From NCBI GenBank assembly GCA_035605975.1, contig DATNGG010000167.1:643-64642 (forward strand): a stretch of 64,000 nucleotides of DNA. The letters are read 5' to 3'. Of this stretch, positions 48,871 through 59,127 are shown piece by piece (the stretch's first letter is position 1; each line of letters starts with the position of its first letter). Both the position numbers and the translations under genes were made by a program. Origin of the DNA: Stellaceae bacterium (GTDB lineage Bacteria > Pseudomonadota > Alphaproteobacteria > ATCC43930 > CGMCC-115725). The notes under the pieces are model-generated. The model saw nothing but the letters and a program-made list of their open reading frames with translations. It made no database searches and had not been told where the DNA came from.

Positions 48871-49866
48871 TCAGCCCAGAGTCTCGCGCGCGAACAGCTC
48901 TTCGACCGACCAGTCTCGCGTGAGCAGGCCTTGCTCGCGGTGATAGCGCAGTACGGTCTCGAGCACCTTGCGGTTGCGCTCGATCCCATAGGGCCAGAAA
49001 TCATCGCCGAGCAAAGCACGATTGCGCTCCTGCAAGGACGCAACCCAGGGGATCATCAGGCTCGGCGTGAAGAAGACCGATCCGGCGCGGTAGGCGTTCT
49101 CGGCGATCGCTTTCGCCTTTCGGAAGGCTTCGACCAGGGCCATCGCGACCCAGGGATTGCGGTCATACACCTCGCGCCGGATCACGACCGTATGCATGAT
49201 CGGAAAAATCCCGGTGCGGCGGAAATAATCGCGCTCGACCGCTTCGTAATCGACGAAGAGCCGCGCGACATTCGGCGATCCCGCGCGCAGGCTTGGCGGA
49301 ATCCAGGCCGAGAACAGCGCATCGATCTCGCCCTGCTCCAGCATCCCATCGAGCGTCTGGCCGGGGCCGAGCGGATGAATCTTAACGCCCTCCGGTGCGG
49401 CAGGCGCCGCCCAATCCTCCTGCGCCGCCGGCTTGTCGAGCGCGCCGACGTAATAGGTAAAGCTTTTGGCAGGCACGCCGTAATCGTCGCTCAAGGCGCC
49501 CTTCGCCCAGATGCCGGCATCGTGGCCGTAGCGATGCAGCTCGCCGACCTTTTTGCCGATGAGGTCACGCGGCTCGACGATCCCGGCGCGCGTGTTGACG
49601 AAGATCGCGCCATGGCGGAACAGCCGGTTGGGAAAGACCGGAATGGCGATGAAGGGCGGGTTCGGCGCCTCGAGGCTGCGCAAATAATAAGTGAAGCCGA
49701 GCTCGGCGACGTCGTATTCGCCTTTGAGGACGCGCTCCATGATCTCGCCGACCTGGACCCGCGTGCTGTAGGAGAGCTCGATCCCCTCGGGCTGCACGGT
49801 CCCGTCGGCAAGAGCGCGGGTGCGGTCGTAGTGCCAGCAACCGAAACGAAGCTTGAGCGGCGCCAT
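48871..49866 (-). CDS. 4,5-dihydroxyphthalate decarboxylase (PhtD)-like protein (NMT1-fold, no signal peptide)
   Basis: MAPLKLRFGCWHYDRTRALADGTVQPEGIELSY...YDVAELGFTYYLRSL matches the recalled PhtD-family N-terminus. The track ORF is over-extended upstream (Arg/Gly-rich). Confidence 0.7.
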   Translation of the reverse strand: MAPLKLRFGCWHYDRTRALADGTVQPEGIELSYSTRVQVGEIMERVLKGEYDVAELGFTYYLRSLEAPNPPFIAIPVFPNRLFRHGAIFVNTRAGIVEPRDLIGKKVGELHRYGHDAGIWAKGALSDDYGVPAKSFTYYVGALDKPAAQEDWAAPAAPEGVKIHPLGPGQTLDGMLEQGEIDALFSAWIPPSLRAGSPNVARLFVDYEAVERDYFRRTGIFPIMHTVVIRREVYDRNPWVAMALVEAFRKAKAIAENAYRAGSVFFTPSLMIPWVASLQERNRALLGDDFWPYGIERNRKVLETVLRYHREQGLLTRDWSVEELFARETLG

Positions 49867-49895
49867 TGATGCCTTCCTTCCGCGAGACGCGCTCT

Positions 49896-50642
49896 TCAGA
49901 GCGGCACGCCGTCCGTCACGACCTTGCGCTCGTGATACTCCCAAATGACTTTCGCGACCTGCACCTGACCGCGCAGCCGCATCGCGTCCTCGATCACCGC
50001 GCGCGGAAACGGCACGGCGCCGCCGAACGGCTCGGCGGCGATCTGCAGCCGCGCGTTCTCCTCGATCGAAATGCAGTTCATCAGCGCGATCTCGGCCGTC
50101 TCCCCGAGCACGACCGAGCCGTGGCCGCGCATCTGGCAGGCGAGCTTGTCGCCCAGCGCCTTCGACAGATCGGCGGCCATCGCGTCGTTCAGGACGAGGC
50201 GCGGATCGTCCCAGGTCGGAACCCCGGCGCCGAACATGAAGGCTTGGTTGAACACCGGCACGATCGGCCGATTGACGACGCCCAAAAGCGTCGAATGCGG
50301 CGAGTGCAGATGCGCGATGCACATGATTTCGGGCCGGTCGCGATGAATCTGCGTGTGGATGCGATATTCGGCGGGAATGGTGATCGGAAAATCGCCGCCG
50401 GGGTGATGAAGGATCGTTCCGTCGAGGGCGAAGACGAAAATCTGGTCGGCACGCACCGCGGTCTTTTCAGCGCCGGCGCCGGGCGTGACGAGGACGAGAT
50501 CGGTGCCGGGAATCCGCAGCGAGATATGGCCGAAGATCCCGATCAGCCCGTGCTGCCCGGCGATGCGGCAGAGGATCGCAAGCTTGCGGCGATGCGCCCA
50601 ATCCTCGTCCCTCGCAAGTCCAGATTTCGCCGCCTCGCTCAT
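49896..50642 (-). CDS. Class II aldolase/adducin-family protein
   Basis: ..GHISLRIPGTDLVLVTPGA..IHTQIHRDRPEIMCIAHLHSP..MRGHGSVVLGE.. gives the metal-binding His pattern of the family. Confidence 0.8.
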   Translation of the reverse strand: MSEAAKSGLARDEDWAHRRKLAILCRIAGQHGLIGIFGHISLRIPGTDLVLVTPGAGAEKTAVRADQIFVFALDGTILHHPGGDFPITIPAEYRIHTQIHRDRPEIMCIAHLHSPHSTLLGVVNRPIVPVFNQAFMFGAGVPTWDDPRLVLNDAMAADLSKALGDKLACQMRGHGSVVLGETAEIALMNCISIEENARLQIAAEPFGGAVPFPRAVIEDAMRLRGQVQVAKVIWEYHERKVVTDGVPL

Positions 50643-50694
50643 CGCGCTGCTCTCCTTGCCGCTAAGGCCCCTTGCCCTTCTTGCCGCGATCCCT

Positions 50695-51732
50695 TTAGGC
50701 CGCGACGACGAGCGGCTCGAGCCGCGGCGCCACCTCGCCCATGAAGCGGCGCATCGATTGCGCGCGCTGCTCTTGCGTCGCCCAATCCTTGCCGACAACG
50801 AGAAGCAACGTGCCGAAGCCGCCGACCTCCTCGAACAGCTCTGTCACCTGACGATAGACCCGCTCGGGCTCGCCGCAGAATAGGAGCCCGCGGTCGATCA
50901 GATCATTGATCGTGACATCCTCGATCGTGCCGCCGGGCGGAATGAAGGCATCGAGGCGGCGGCCCGAGCGGATCGGCACGAGATCGGCGTTGCGTAAATC
51001 CTCGCGCGCCTGCGCCAGCGAGTCGGCGACATAGACGAAGCGCGCCAAGCGAATGCGGCTGCGGCGCGGTGGATCGTCGGGGTTGGGAACGCCGAGATAA
51101 GTCTTGATCATGCCGGTGAGCTGGGCCGAGGGGTTGGTCCAGGACATCAGCGGAAAGAATCCCTTCTCGGCGGCGAGCTCGAGCGTGCTGTCGGTGCGGG
51201 CGCAGGCGATGCCCACATCCATGCGCGGCTTCGTCAAAGGCTTCGGGATGATCGTCCAATTCTTGCCCTGCCACACCTCGCCGTCCCAATCGAAGGGCGC
51301 GGGCGACGACCAGGCTTTGAGGATGATGTCAATCGCCTCGCGCATCATCACGCGCTGCGGCGCCGGCAGCTTGCCGCGCAGGCCGCCGCCATCGCCGATG
51401 CCGAGGCCGAAGCCGGCCATATAGCGGCCATCGGTCAGGTGATCGCACACGGCCGCGTCGGTCGCGACCTGAAGCGGATGGAAATAGGGCAAGGCGCGAA
51501 TCCCCGGCCCCATCTTGATCCGCTTGGTCAGCGCCGCCGCCTTGCAGATGAACGGATCGGCCGAAGGCAATTGATCGGGCGCGTGAAACGAGACGAACAC
51601 GCCGTGCTCGCTGATCCAGGCCTCCTCGATGCCGAGCTGGTCGGCGAGGATGACCTCCTGCAAATCATCCTCATAGCTGAGCTTGGCGATCTGGTTGCGC
51701 CTTTGCCCGTTGGAGAAGAGCCCGAATCTCAT
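50695..51732 (-). CDS. LLM-class (luciferase-like) flavin-dependent oxidoreductase
   Basis: MRFGLFSNG...LGIEEAWISEHG...RIKMGPGIRALPYFHPLQVA.. is typical of LLM monooxygenases. Confidence 0.85.
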   Translation of the reverse strand: MRFGLFSNGQRRNQIAKLSYEDDLQEVILADQLGIEEAWISEHGVFVSFHAPDQLPSADPFICKAAALTKRIKMGPGIRALPYFHPLQVATDAAVCDHLTDGRYMAGFGLGIGDGGGLRGKLPAPQRVMMREAIDIILKAWSSPAPFDWDGEVWQGKNWTIIPKPLTKPRMDVGIACARTDSTLELAAEKGFFPLMSWTNPSAQLTGMIKTYLGVPNPDDPPRRSRIRLARFVYVADSLAQAREDLRNADLVPIRSGRRLDAFIPPGGTIEDVTINDLIDRGLLFCGEPERVYRQVTELFEEVGGFGTLLLVVGKDWATQEQRAQSMRRFMGEVAPRLEPLVVAA

Positions 51733-51772
51733 GCCGTCCTCCGCCTTGCGACGCCGCTGCCGTGCAGAGCGA

Positions 51773-52501
51773 TCATGGAAACAAATCCATCCGGCCGGAT
51801 GCGGGCTGGCGATCCCAGCGCGCCTCGAGCAGCGCGAAATAGGTCCAGGTCCGCTGCGCGATGACCTCGAGTTTGATCTCTTGATTGACGATCCGGCATT
51901 CTTCCGCGCTGAGCGTGCCGACGCCGCCCAGCGCCTCGGCCTGCAAGGTTTTGCACGCGTCGTTCTCGAGCGCGAGCGTCGCATGGAGCAGCTCGCGCAG
52001 ATTGCGCCCGATGACGGTGATGCCATGCGCGCGCAGAAATGCCGCGCGCTTATCACCGATGATCTTCAAGAGCTTCTGGCCGCGCTCCGGCGTCTCGATC
52101 AAATGCGCCTCGGGATAGATTGGAATGCCGTCGGCGAAGATTGCGCTATGGACGGTGATCGGCCGGTATTCGCGCTTGGCAACCGCGAAGAGCGTCGAAT
52201 AGGGCGGATGAAGATGCGCGATCGCCAGCGCATCGGGACGTGCCGCGTGCAGTGCCATGTGGATCGGCCATTCGAGCGGCGGCCTCGCCTTGCCCTCGAG
52301 CGGCTTGCCATCGAGCCCCGCCGCGATCATGTGCTCGGCGCGCAGATTGGCCTTGTCGGAGCCGGAGCCCGGGGTGATCAGCACGCGCTTGGTCTCGGGA
52401 TCGAAGACGCTCACATGGCCGTGCAGGCCGATGAGGCCCTGCATCGCGAAAATCCGCGTGCAGGTGGCGAGGTCTTCGCGCAGCTCCGTCTCGGATGTCA
52501 T
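51773..52501 (-). CDS. Class II aldolase/adducin-family protein (paralogue)
   Basis: ..GHVSVFDPETKRVLITPGS..IHMALHAARPDALAIAHLHPP..LRAHGITVIGR.. Confidence 0.8.
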   Translation of the reverse strand: MTSETELREDLATCTRIFAMQGLIGLHGHVSVFDPETKRVLITPGSGSDKANLRAEHMIAAGLDGKPLEGKARPPLEWPIHMALHAARPDALAIAHLHPPYSTLFAVAKREYRPITVHSAIFADGIPIYPEAHLIETPERGQKLLKIIGDKRAAFLRAHGITVIGRNLRELLHATLALENDACKTLQAEALGGVGTLSAEECRIVNQEIKLEVIAQRTWTYFALLEARWDRQPASGRMDLFP

Positions 52502-52542
52502 CGCTCCGGCCTTGTCTCTCCGCCGCGGGTCACAAGCGGCTC

Positions 52543-53574
52543 TTATTGAAGGACGACGGCGTAATGCTTGTCGATCAGCCGCTCGGCGGTGATGTCGCCT
52601 TTCACCATGCCATGCGCCTTGTACCATGCGATCTGCCGGCGCACATCCTTGACGTCGAGGCGGAGCTGCGGATCGACATAGGGCATCTGGTGGTCGAGGT
52701 CCTGGGGCGGTTTGCCGATATATTTGGCGATGATCGCGAGCATCGCCGGTGCGTTCGGCCCGTCCGCGCGCTCACCCTTTGCGTCGGTGAAAGCGTCGTG
52801 ATAGTCGCGCGCGCCGCGGCGCAGTGCCTTAAGGAAGCGCGTGTTGCGATCGCGCTGCGCGGCTGCGTTCTTCGCGGTCATGAACACCGCGCCGATCTGC
52901 CACGGCGTTTCGTCGCCGACCCAGCCGAGATTATGCGCGCCCGCCTTGTCCATCTCGGCATTCAAGGTGCTGGGGATCATGCCGACATCCGCTTGCCCGC
53001 CGACCACCGCCGCCGCGCTGTTGGGGATCGACTGCAGCGGCAGGATGCGCACGCTCTCGATGGGAAACCCGTATTTCATCGCCAGCAACCCGACCGCGTA
53101 ATGGGTGGTCGAGCCGATCGTCGTCAGCGCGACCGAATGGCCCTTGATGGCGGCGAGCGATCGGAGCCCCGCATCCCAGGCGCGCTTCGAGGCGAAATAG
53201 CCGAGCATGTGAAAGCCATGCGCCTCGCGGTGCAGCCCCGCGATGACGCGAATCTGCCCGCCGCTCGCAAGGTTGTAGAGACCCGCGGTCAAGCCGGTGA
53301 CGCCGATATCGACATCGCCCGCGACCACCGCGACGGCGACGGCCTGACCCGCGCCGAAGCTCGAGAATTGGACGTCGAGCCCCTCGGCGGCGAAATAGCC
53401 GCGGTCTTGCGCGATATAGAGCGGACCCGAGGCGCCGACTTTGAGAATCCCGACCTTCAACGGCTCGGCCTGCGCCGCGCCGGCGGCGGCAAGGCACGCC
53501 AGCGCCAGCAGGGTTCTTCGCCAGAGCTCCCGGCAAGGCCGGTAGAGATCACGCGACACGGGTTTCCTCTCCAT
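52543..53574 (-). CDS. ABC-type substrate-binding protein, NMT1/TauA family
   Basis: Signal-like WRRTLLALACLAAAGAAQA followed by EPLKVGILKVGASGPLYIAQDRGYFAAEGLDVQF. Start is uncertain (overlaps the upstream gene by ~26 nt). Confidence 0.8.
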   Translation of the reverse strand: MERKPVSRDLYRPCRELWRRTLLALACLAAAGAAQAEPLKVGILKVGASGPLYIAQDRGYFAAEGLDVQFSSFGAGQAVAVAVVAGDVDIGVTGLTAGLYNLASGGQIRVIAGLHREAHGFHMLGYFASKRAWDAGLRSLAAIKGHSVALTTIGSTTHYAVGLLAMKYGFPIESVRILPLQSIPNSAAAVVGGQADVGMIPSTLNAEMDKAGAHNLGWVGDETPWQIGAVFMTAKNAAAQRDRNTRFLKALRRGARDYHDAFTDAKGERADGPNAPAMLAIIAKYIGKPPQDLDHQMPYVDPQLRLDVKDVRRQIAWYKAHGMVKGDITAERLIDKHYAVVLQ

Positions 53575-54502
53575 CCGAATAGTGCGGCAACAACCCGGCG
53601 AGATTGGTGCGGTCGATGGCGCGCAGCTCCCAATTGTCGAAGACGCCGCATTGCCGCAGACCTTCGACATGCTCGGCCGCGCCGCGATAGGGATAGTCGG
53701 TTCCGAAGACGAAATGCGAAGCCGGGATGACCATACGCGCGGCGGTCAAGGCGACGCGGTTCGAGGCCTGGGCGGTGTCGTAGAAGAAACGCTGCGCCTC
53801 GGGCAGGAAACCGCCCGGCAGAAGCTTCACATAGTGCGGCATGCCGGCGGTGCGCATGAAGCGCTCGACGAGGAACGGCATGGTGCCGCCGGCATGCGAC
53901 CAGATGATGCGCAGATCGGGATAGGTTTGCGACGCACCCGAGAACACCATGCGCGCGATCGCGCGCGTCGTGTCCGTGCCGTATTCGATATTCGCGTCCT
54001 GCTGGCCCGGCACGAAATTGAGACAGCAATCCGGCACCGCCGGATGCACATAGATCACCGCCTTGCGCCGGTTGAGCTCCTCGAACACCGGCGCGAAGAC
54101 GGGATCGCCCAGCCATTTGTCGTGATAGCTGGTATAGAGGCCGACACCATCGGCCTTCAGCACGTCCATGCCGTATTCGATCTCTTTGAGGCTGCCCTCG
54201 ATATCGGGCATGGGCAGTGCCGTGAACATGCCGAAGCGGCCGCGGTGATCCGCCACCATGCGCGCCGCATAGTCGTTGCAGGCACGCGCGAGGCGCCGCA
54301 CCCGCGCCTGGTCATCGAGCCGCATCGCGATCTGCGTCACCGAGACGATCGCGGTCGCGACCCCGCCCTCGTCCATATCTTCGATGGACTTGGCAAGCGA
54401 CCAGCTTCGCAAGGGGGCGTTCACGGCGCTGCCGATCTCGGCAAGATATTCGGGCGGTGCGATATGATGATGAACATCGATGCGGCGATTGGCATTCGTC
54501 AT
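53549..54502 (-). CDS. Amidohydrolase-2 family enzyme (ACMSD/LigW-type decarboxylase or hydrolase)
   Basis: MTNANRRIDVHHHIAPPEYL... plus ..IWSHAGG..FGTDYPY. The track ORF is over-extended upstream. Confidence 0.85.
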   Translation of the reverse strand: MTNANRRIDVHHHIAPPEYLAEIGSAVNAPLRSWSLAKSIEDMDEGGVATAIVSVTQIAMRLDDQARVRRLARACNDYAARMVADHRGRFGMFTALPMPDIEGSLKEIEYGMDVLKADGVGLYTSYHDKWLGDPVFAPVFEELNRRKAVIYVHPAVPDCCLNFVPGQQDANIEYGTDTTRAIARMVFSGASQTYPDLRIIWSHAGGTMPFLVERFMRTAGMPHYVKLLPGGFLPEAQRFFYDTAQASNRVALTAARMVIPASHFVFGTDYPYRGAAEHVEGLRQCGVFDNWELRAIDRTNLAGLLPHYSDGEETRVA

Positions 54503-54513
54503 TGCCGGTACGC

Positions 54514-55452
54514 CTAGCGATAGCGCGGCAGCAGCCGCAGCGCGTTGTCGCGATCGATCGCCTTGAGATCGCTCGGGCTGAAGACGCCGCTGTCCATGAC
54601 CGCCGTCGCGATCTCGTTGGGATCGCCCCAAGGCACGTCGGTGCCGAAGAGAATCCGCTCGACCGGCACGACTTTGGCAAGCGCCTGCAGCGGTCCCGTG
54701 TCGTAGATCGCGGCGGTGTCGTAATAGAAGCGCCGCGCCTCGTGGAGGAAGCCTTGCGGCAGGAGCCGGGCGATATGCGGCGCGCGCGCGACGCGCATGA
54801 AGCGCACGATGAGGAAGGGCATCGCGCCGCCGCCATGCGACCAAATGAGGTTCAAATCGCTGAACCGCGCCGAGCGGCCGGTCAAGATCATCTGCGCCAA
54901 CGCCCGCGTCGTGTCGGTGCCGTATTCGATCAGCGAATCGTTGACCACCTTCAGCACATTGGTGCAGCAGGTCGCGGTCGTCGGATGGGTGTAGACCAGC
55001 GCCTTGCGCCGGTGGAGCTCCTCGAACACCGGATCGAAGGCCGGATCGCCGAGCCATTTGTCGCCATAGCTCGTGAAGAACACGACGCCGTCGGCTTTCA
55101 GCACGTCGAGCCCGTATTCGATCTCCTTGAGGCTGCCCTCGACATCGGGCATCGGCAGGTTGACGAACATGCCGAAGCGCTTGGGGTGATCCGAAACCAG
55201 CTTCGCCGCGTAGTCATTGCACGCCCGCGCCAGCCGGCGCGAGACCGCGGCATCGCCGAACCACAGGCCCGGCGTGGTGATGGAGGTGAGCGCGACCTCG
55301 ACCCCGCCCTCGTCCATCAGCTCGATCGACTGCGCCGGCGTCCATTCGCGCGTCTCGCGCGTCAGGGGAATGCCCTTGGGATCGAGCTCCGCGATATAGG
55401 CAGGCGGCGAGATGTGATGATGCACATCGATGCGATGCGGTGCGGCCGCCAT
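54514..55452 (-). CDS. Amidohydrolase-2 family enzyme (paralogue)
   Basis: MAAAPHRIDVHHHISPPAYI... plus ..IWSHGGG..FGTDVPW. Confidence 0.85.
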   Translation of the reverse strand: MAAAPHRIDVHHHISPPAYIAELDPKGIPLTRETREWTPAQSIELMDEGGVEVALTSITTPGLWFGDAAVSRRLARACNDYAAKLVSDHPKRFGMFVNLPMPDVEGSLKEIEYGLDVLKADGVVFFTSYGDKWLGDPAFDPVFEELHRRKALVYTHPTTATCCTNVLKVVNDSLIEYGTDTTRALAQMILTGRSARFSDLNLIWSHGGGAMPFLIVRFMRVARAPHIARLLPQGFLHEARRFYYDTAAIYDTGPLQALAKVVPVERILFGTDVPWGDPNEIATAVMDSGVFSPSDLKAIDRDNALRLLPRYR

Positions 55453-55611
55453 GCTGATCTCCTCCCTCGTCGTCTCTCGTTCGATGCCGCAGAACAGCAG
55501 AACCGGCGGCGAAAAGCAAACGGAGAGGTCGGCGCATGCGGCAGCTTGACGGCGCCGCGAATCCAGGGCTCACTCCGGCCAAACGCGGCGCGAAGCAACG
55601 GGAGGTCGATC

Positions 55612-57336
55612 ATGGCGACGGTACTGCGCGAGGCCTTTGGCGGGCAGAAGATGGCGCTCGACAAGGACGTGCCGATCACGCTCAGCGACGGCACGGTGCT
55701 TCGCGCCGATATCTACCGGCCGGAAGCGCCCGGCAAATATCCGGCGGTCATGACCTACGGGCCTTACGGCAAGGACTCCCATATCTCTCAGTTCATGGGC
55801 GAGGGCTGGGGCAAGCTCAAAGCGCGTCATCCCGAGATGGTCGCCAATTCCACCAGCCAGCACATGGTGTTCGAGCGCCCGGATCCCGAGGTCTGGGTGC
55901 CGCATGGCTATGCCGTGATCCAGGTCGATTGCCGCGGCGCCGGCCGCTCGCCCGGCAAGCTCGACGTCAACTCGCCGCAAGAGTTCAAGGACTTCAAGGA
56001 AGCGATCGAATGGGCCGGGGCGCAGCCCTGGAGCAACGGCAAGATCGGCCTGCTCGGCATCTCCTATTACGCGGCGGGCCAATGGATGGTCGCGTCGTAT
56101 AAGCCCAAATACCTCGCGGCCATCCTGCCCTGGGCCGGCACCTGCGATTTCTATCGCGATCGCACGCGCCATGGCGGGATATTCTGCGCCGGCTTCGTCG
56201 GCCGCTGGTGGCAGAACAGCGTCCTCAACAACCAGCATGGCAAGCCGGATTCGACCTTGACCGACTTCGTCAATGGCGAGCGCTCGACCGGACCCGAGAG
56301 CCTGACACCCGATCAGCTCAAGGCGAACCGGCTAGACTATGTCGACAATGTGCGCGCGCACCCGCTGCTCGACGATTGGTACAAGGCGCGCTCGGGCGAT
56401 CTCTCGCAGATCGAGGTGCCGGCGCTCGTCGTCTCGAATTGGAGCGCGCTCGGTCTTCATTTGCGCGGCACGATCCAGGGCTTCATCGGCATCGCATCGA
56501 AGGACAAATATCTCAAAGTGCAGACCGGCCCCTATTTCGCGACCTTCTTCGCGCCGCAATCGGTCGCGTTCCAGCGCAAATTCTTCGATCGCTATTTGAA
56601 AGGCCTCGACAATGGCTGGGAGAAGGAGCCGCGCGTCGAGGTGGTGATCCGCGCGCCCGGAGACACGGTGCGCCGCCAGGTGCAATCGCGCACCTGGCCG
56701 CTCGAGGGGACGCAATTCGTCAAGATGCATCTCGATGCCGGCAAGAAGACGCTCGAATGGAAGGCGCCCGCGGCGGCGGGCAGCACCACCTATCCCGCCT
56801 TGAGCGAAGGCGCGACCTTCACCTCGGCACCGCTCGATCGCGACATGGAGATCGCGGGACCGCTGCTCGCCAAGCTGCAGCTCGCCTGCTCCAAGCCGGA
56901 TATGGATATGTTCTGCACGCTGCTCGCCTTCGATCCATCGGGCAAGGAGATCAACTTCGCGACCAATTTCGACCCGATCCCGATCTCGCAAGGCTGGCTG
57001 CGCGTCGCGCTGCGCGAGCTCGATCCCGAGCGCAGCTCCAACTGGCAGCCGGTGCATCGCTTCCGCGAGCCAAAGCCGCTGAAGCCCGGCGAGGTGGTCG
57101 AGGCGCAAGTCGAGGTCTGGCCGACCGCCGTGTTCCTGCCCAAAGGCTCGCGCCTCGCGCTGATCCTTTCGGGCCAGGACTATAAGGGCACGGGCGAGCC
57201 GAACTCGTCGAGCTCGGGCTTCTTCCTCCACAACGATCCGGTGGACCGCCCGCCCGAGAAATACAATGGCGAGCACACGATCCACACCGGCGGCGGCCGC
57301 GACTGCTATCTACAGCTTCCGGTCCTGCCCGGCTGA
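55612..57336 (+). CDS. CocE/NonD-family alpha/beta hydrolase (S15 X-Pro dipeptidyl-peptidase-like)
   Basis: DGTVLRADIYRPEAPGKYPAVMTYGPYGK..GYAVIQVDCRGAGRSPG..GLLGISYYA (GxSYxG nucleophile elbow), followed by a C-terminal beta-sandwich domain. Confidence 0.85.
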   Translation: MATVLREAFGGQKMALDKDVPITLSDGTVLRADIYRPEAPGKYPAVMTYGPYGKDSHISQFMGEGWGKLKARHPEMVANSTSQHMVFERPDPEVWVPHGYAVIQVDCRGAGRSPGKLDVNSPQEFKDFKEAIEWAGAQPWSNGKIGLLGISYYAAGQWMVASYKPKYLAAILPWAGTCDFYRDRTRHGGIFCAGFVGRWWQNSVLNNQHGKPDSTLTDFVNGERSTGPESLTPDQLKANRLDYVDNVRAHPLLDDWYKARSGDLSQIEVPALVVSNWSALGLHLRGTIQGFIGIASKDKYLKVQTGPYFATFFAPQSVAFQRKFFDRYLKGLDNGWEKEPRVEVVIRAPGDTVRRQVQSRTWPLEGTQFVKMHLDAGKKTLEWKAPAAAGSTTYPALSEGATFTSAPLDRDMEIAGPLLAKLQLACSKPDMDMFCTLLAFDPSGKEINFATNFDPIPISQGWLRVALRELDPERSSNWQPVHRFREPKPLKPGEVVEAQVEVWPTAVFLPKGSRLALILSGQDYKGTGEPNSSSSGFFLHNDPVDRPPEKYNGEHTIHTGGGRDCYLQLPVLPG

Positions 57337-59127
57337 GGCGGCGGGCGCGAGGCCCGGCGCCGTGCCGAGGCGTCGCGCGATCGCCCAATAGAGGGCGAGA
57401 ACCGGGATCATAAGCCCGAGCATGATGATTGCGACCGCGGAGCTCGCGCCGTAGGACGAGGAGGAGATGAGGCCCCAGACCACGACCGAGAGCGGCTCGT
57501 TTTCGGTCGTCGAGAGGAGGCTCGGCAGCGTCAGCTCTCGATAGGAGAGGAGCGCGATCCAAATCCAGGCATAGCTGATCGCCGGGGTCAGAAGCGGCAG
57601 CAGCACATGCCGCATCGCGGTGCCTTGCGTTGCACCGCTGATTACTGCCGCTTCCTCGAGCTCGTTGTGGATCTGGATCACCGCACCATTCGTCATGCGC
57701 GTGCCGTAGCTCAGCATCGTTACGACATAGACCAGCACCAGCACCCAGATCGTGCCATAGATCGGCAGCACGTCGCGCAGCACGAAGAGCGCGAGCAGCC
57801 ATGCCGCGACGCTGAAGACGATCCGCGGCACGGTGTGCGGCAGGAAGGCGAAGAAATCGAACACAGCGCGAAAGCGCAAGCGCGAGCGCAGCACGACCCA
57901 CGACACGGCGAGGCTGAGGCCCACCGTGATCGTCGGAACGATCACCATGAGCAGCGCCGTGTTGCGGATGGCGCCGCCGAGCAGGCCCTGCGGCAGGTTG
58001 CGGAAGTTTGCGAGCGACAGGCTGGCGAAAGCATGGGCGCTGACGGGCTGAAGATAGGGCAGCCCCGCCGACCACAGCAGCGTCAGAACCGGCAGCAGCT
58101 CGCTCAGGATGAAATAGACAGCGACGAAGCCGAAGGCCAGCCAGCGAAACCGGCCGAGCTTCACGAGCGCCGGGCGGTAGCCTTTGCCTGTCACCACGGC
58201 ATAGCGCGGTGCGCGCGCCTGCATCTTGCCGTACCACCAGCTGAAGCCGAGCGCGAGGACGATCATCACGACGCTCAGCGCCGCAACGCCCCCGTAATCC
58301 GGCTGGCCATAGGTCGGGCTCACCTGCAGATAGACATAGGTCGAGAAGGTGAAGATGCGGCTGCCGAGGCCGAGAACCGCCGGCACGTCGAAAGCGGCGA
58401 AGCCGATGGTGAAAATATAGATGCTGGCGGCGAGCACGCCCGGCCAGGCGAGCGGCAAGGTCACGCGCGCGATCCGGCGCCACAGGCCCGCGCCGCCGAT
58501 GCTGGCCGCCTCTTCCAGCGCCGGATCGATCGCGCGCAGCACGACGGCGGTCATGGTGAAGGTCACCGGCGCGAGGCTGAGGCCTTCAACAAGGCCCATG
58601 CCCCAGAGCGTCGAGATATTGAAAGGCGCGGCAGGGAGGCCAAACGCGGCCTTGAGGGCGAGATTGATGACGCCGATCCGCGGGCTGAGGAGGAAGAGCC
58701 AGCCGAGCGCCACCGAAAACCCGGGGATGAGCAGCGCCGCCGTCACCAAGGTAAGGCTCAGCTTCTTCCAGGGAAAATCCGTGCGCTCGATGAGCCAGGC
58801 CAGCGGCAGGCCGAAGCAGAGCGCGACGACGAGGGTGATCGCCGAGAAGAGGAAGGTGTTCCCCAGCACGCGGTAGGTGAAGGGGTTCAGGAAAATATCG
58901 CGGTAGTGGCCGAGCGTGTAGCGCGCCGTAAGCTCGCCCGGCCCGCCCTCGGCAAGGCTGAGCCACAGCACGGTGGCGAGGAGCACGAGCACGACGAGGC
59001 TCGCAACCAGGGAAAGACTCAGCATCGCCGCCGGGAAGCAGGCGAAGCGCTCCGCTCGCTTCGATCGCGGCGGCGCAGCGGCAGCCGCCGGCATGCCTCC
59101 GCCCGCGGCGATCCCGCGCAGCCGCAT
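57310..59127 (-). CDS. ABC transporter permease, fused double BPD_transp_1 (iron(III)/polyamine-type)
   Basis: ~12 predicted TM segments with two EAA-like loops (EEAASIGGAGLWRRIARVTLP and EEAAVISGATQGTAMRHVLLP). ATG 59127 overlaps the SBP stop (ATGA). Confidence 0.85.
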   Translation of the reverse strand: MRLRGIAAGGGMPAAAAAPPRSKRAERFACFPAAMLSLSLVASLVVLVLLATVLWLSLAEGGPGELTARYTLGHYRDIFLNPFTYRVLGNTFLFSAITLVVALCFGLPLAWLIERTDFPWKKLSLTLVTAALLIPGFSVALGWLFLLSPRIGVINLALKAAFGLPAAPFNISTLWGMGLVEGLSLAPVTFTMTAVVLRAIDPALEEAASIGGAGLWRRIARVTLPLAWPGVLAASIYIFTIGFAAFDVPAVLGLGSRIFTFSTYVYLQVSPTYGQPDYGGVAALSVVMIVLALGFSWWYGKMQARAPRYAVVTGKGYRPALVKLGRFRWLAFGFVAVYFILSELLPVLTLLWSAGLPYLQPVSAHAFASLSLANFRNLPQGLLGGAIRNTALLMVIVPTITVGLSLAVSWVVLRSRLRFRAVFDFFAFLPHTVPRIVFSVAAWLLALFVLRDVLPIYGTIWVLVLVYVVTMLSYGTRMTNGAVIQIHNELEEAAVISGATQGTAMRHVLLPLLTPAISYAWIWIALLSYRELTLPSLLSTTENEPLSVVVWGLISSSSYGASSAVAIIMLGLMIPVLALYWAIARRLGTAPGLAPAASAGQDRKL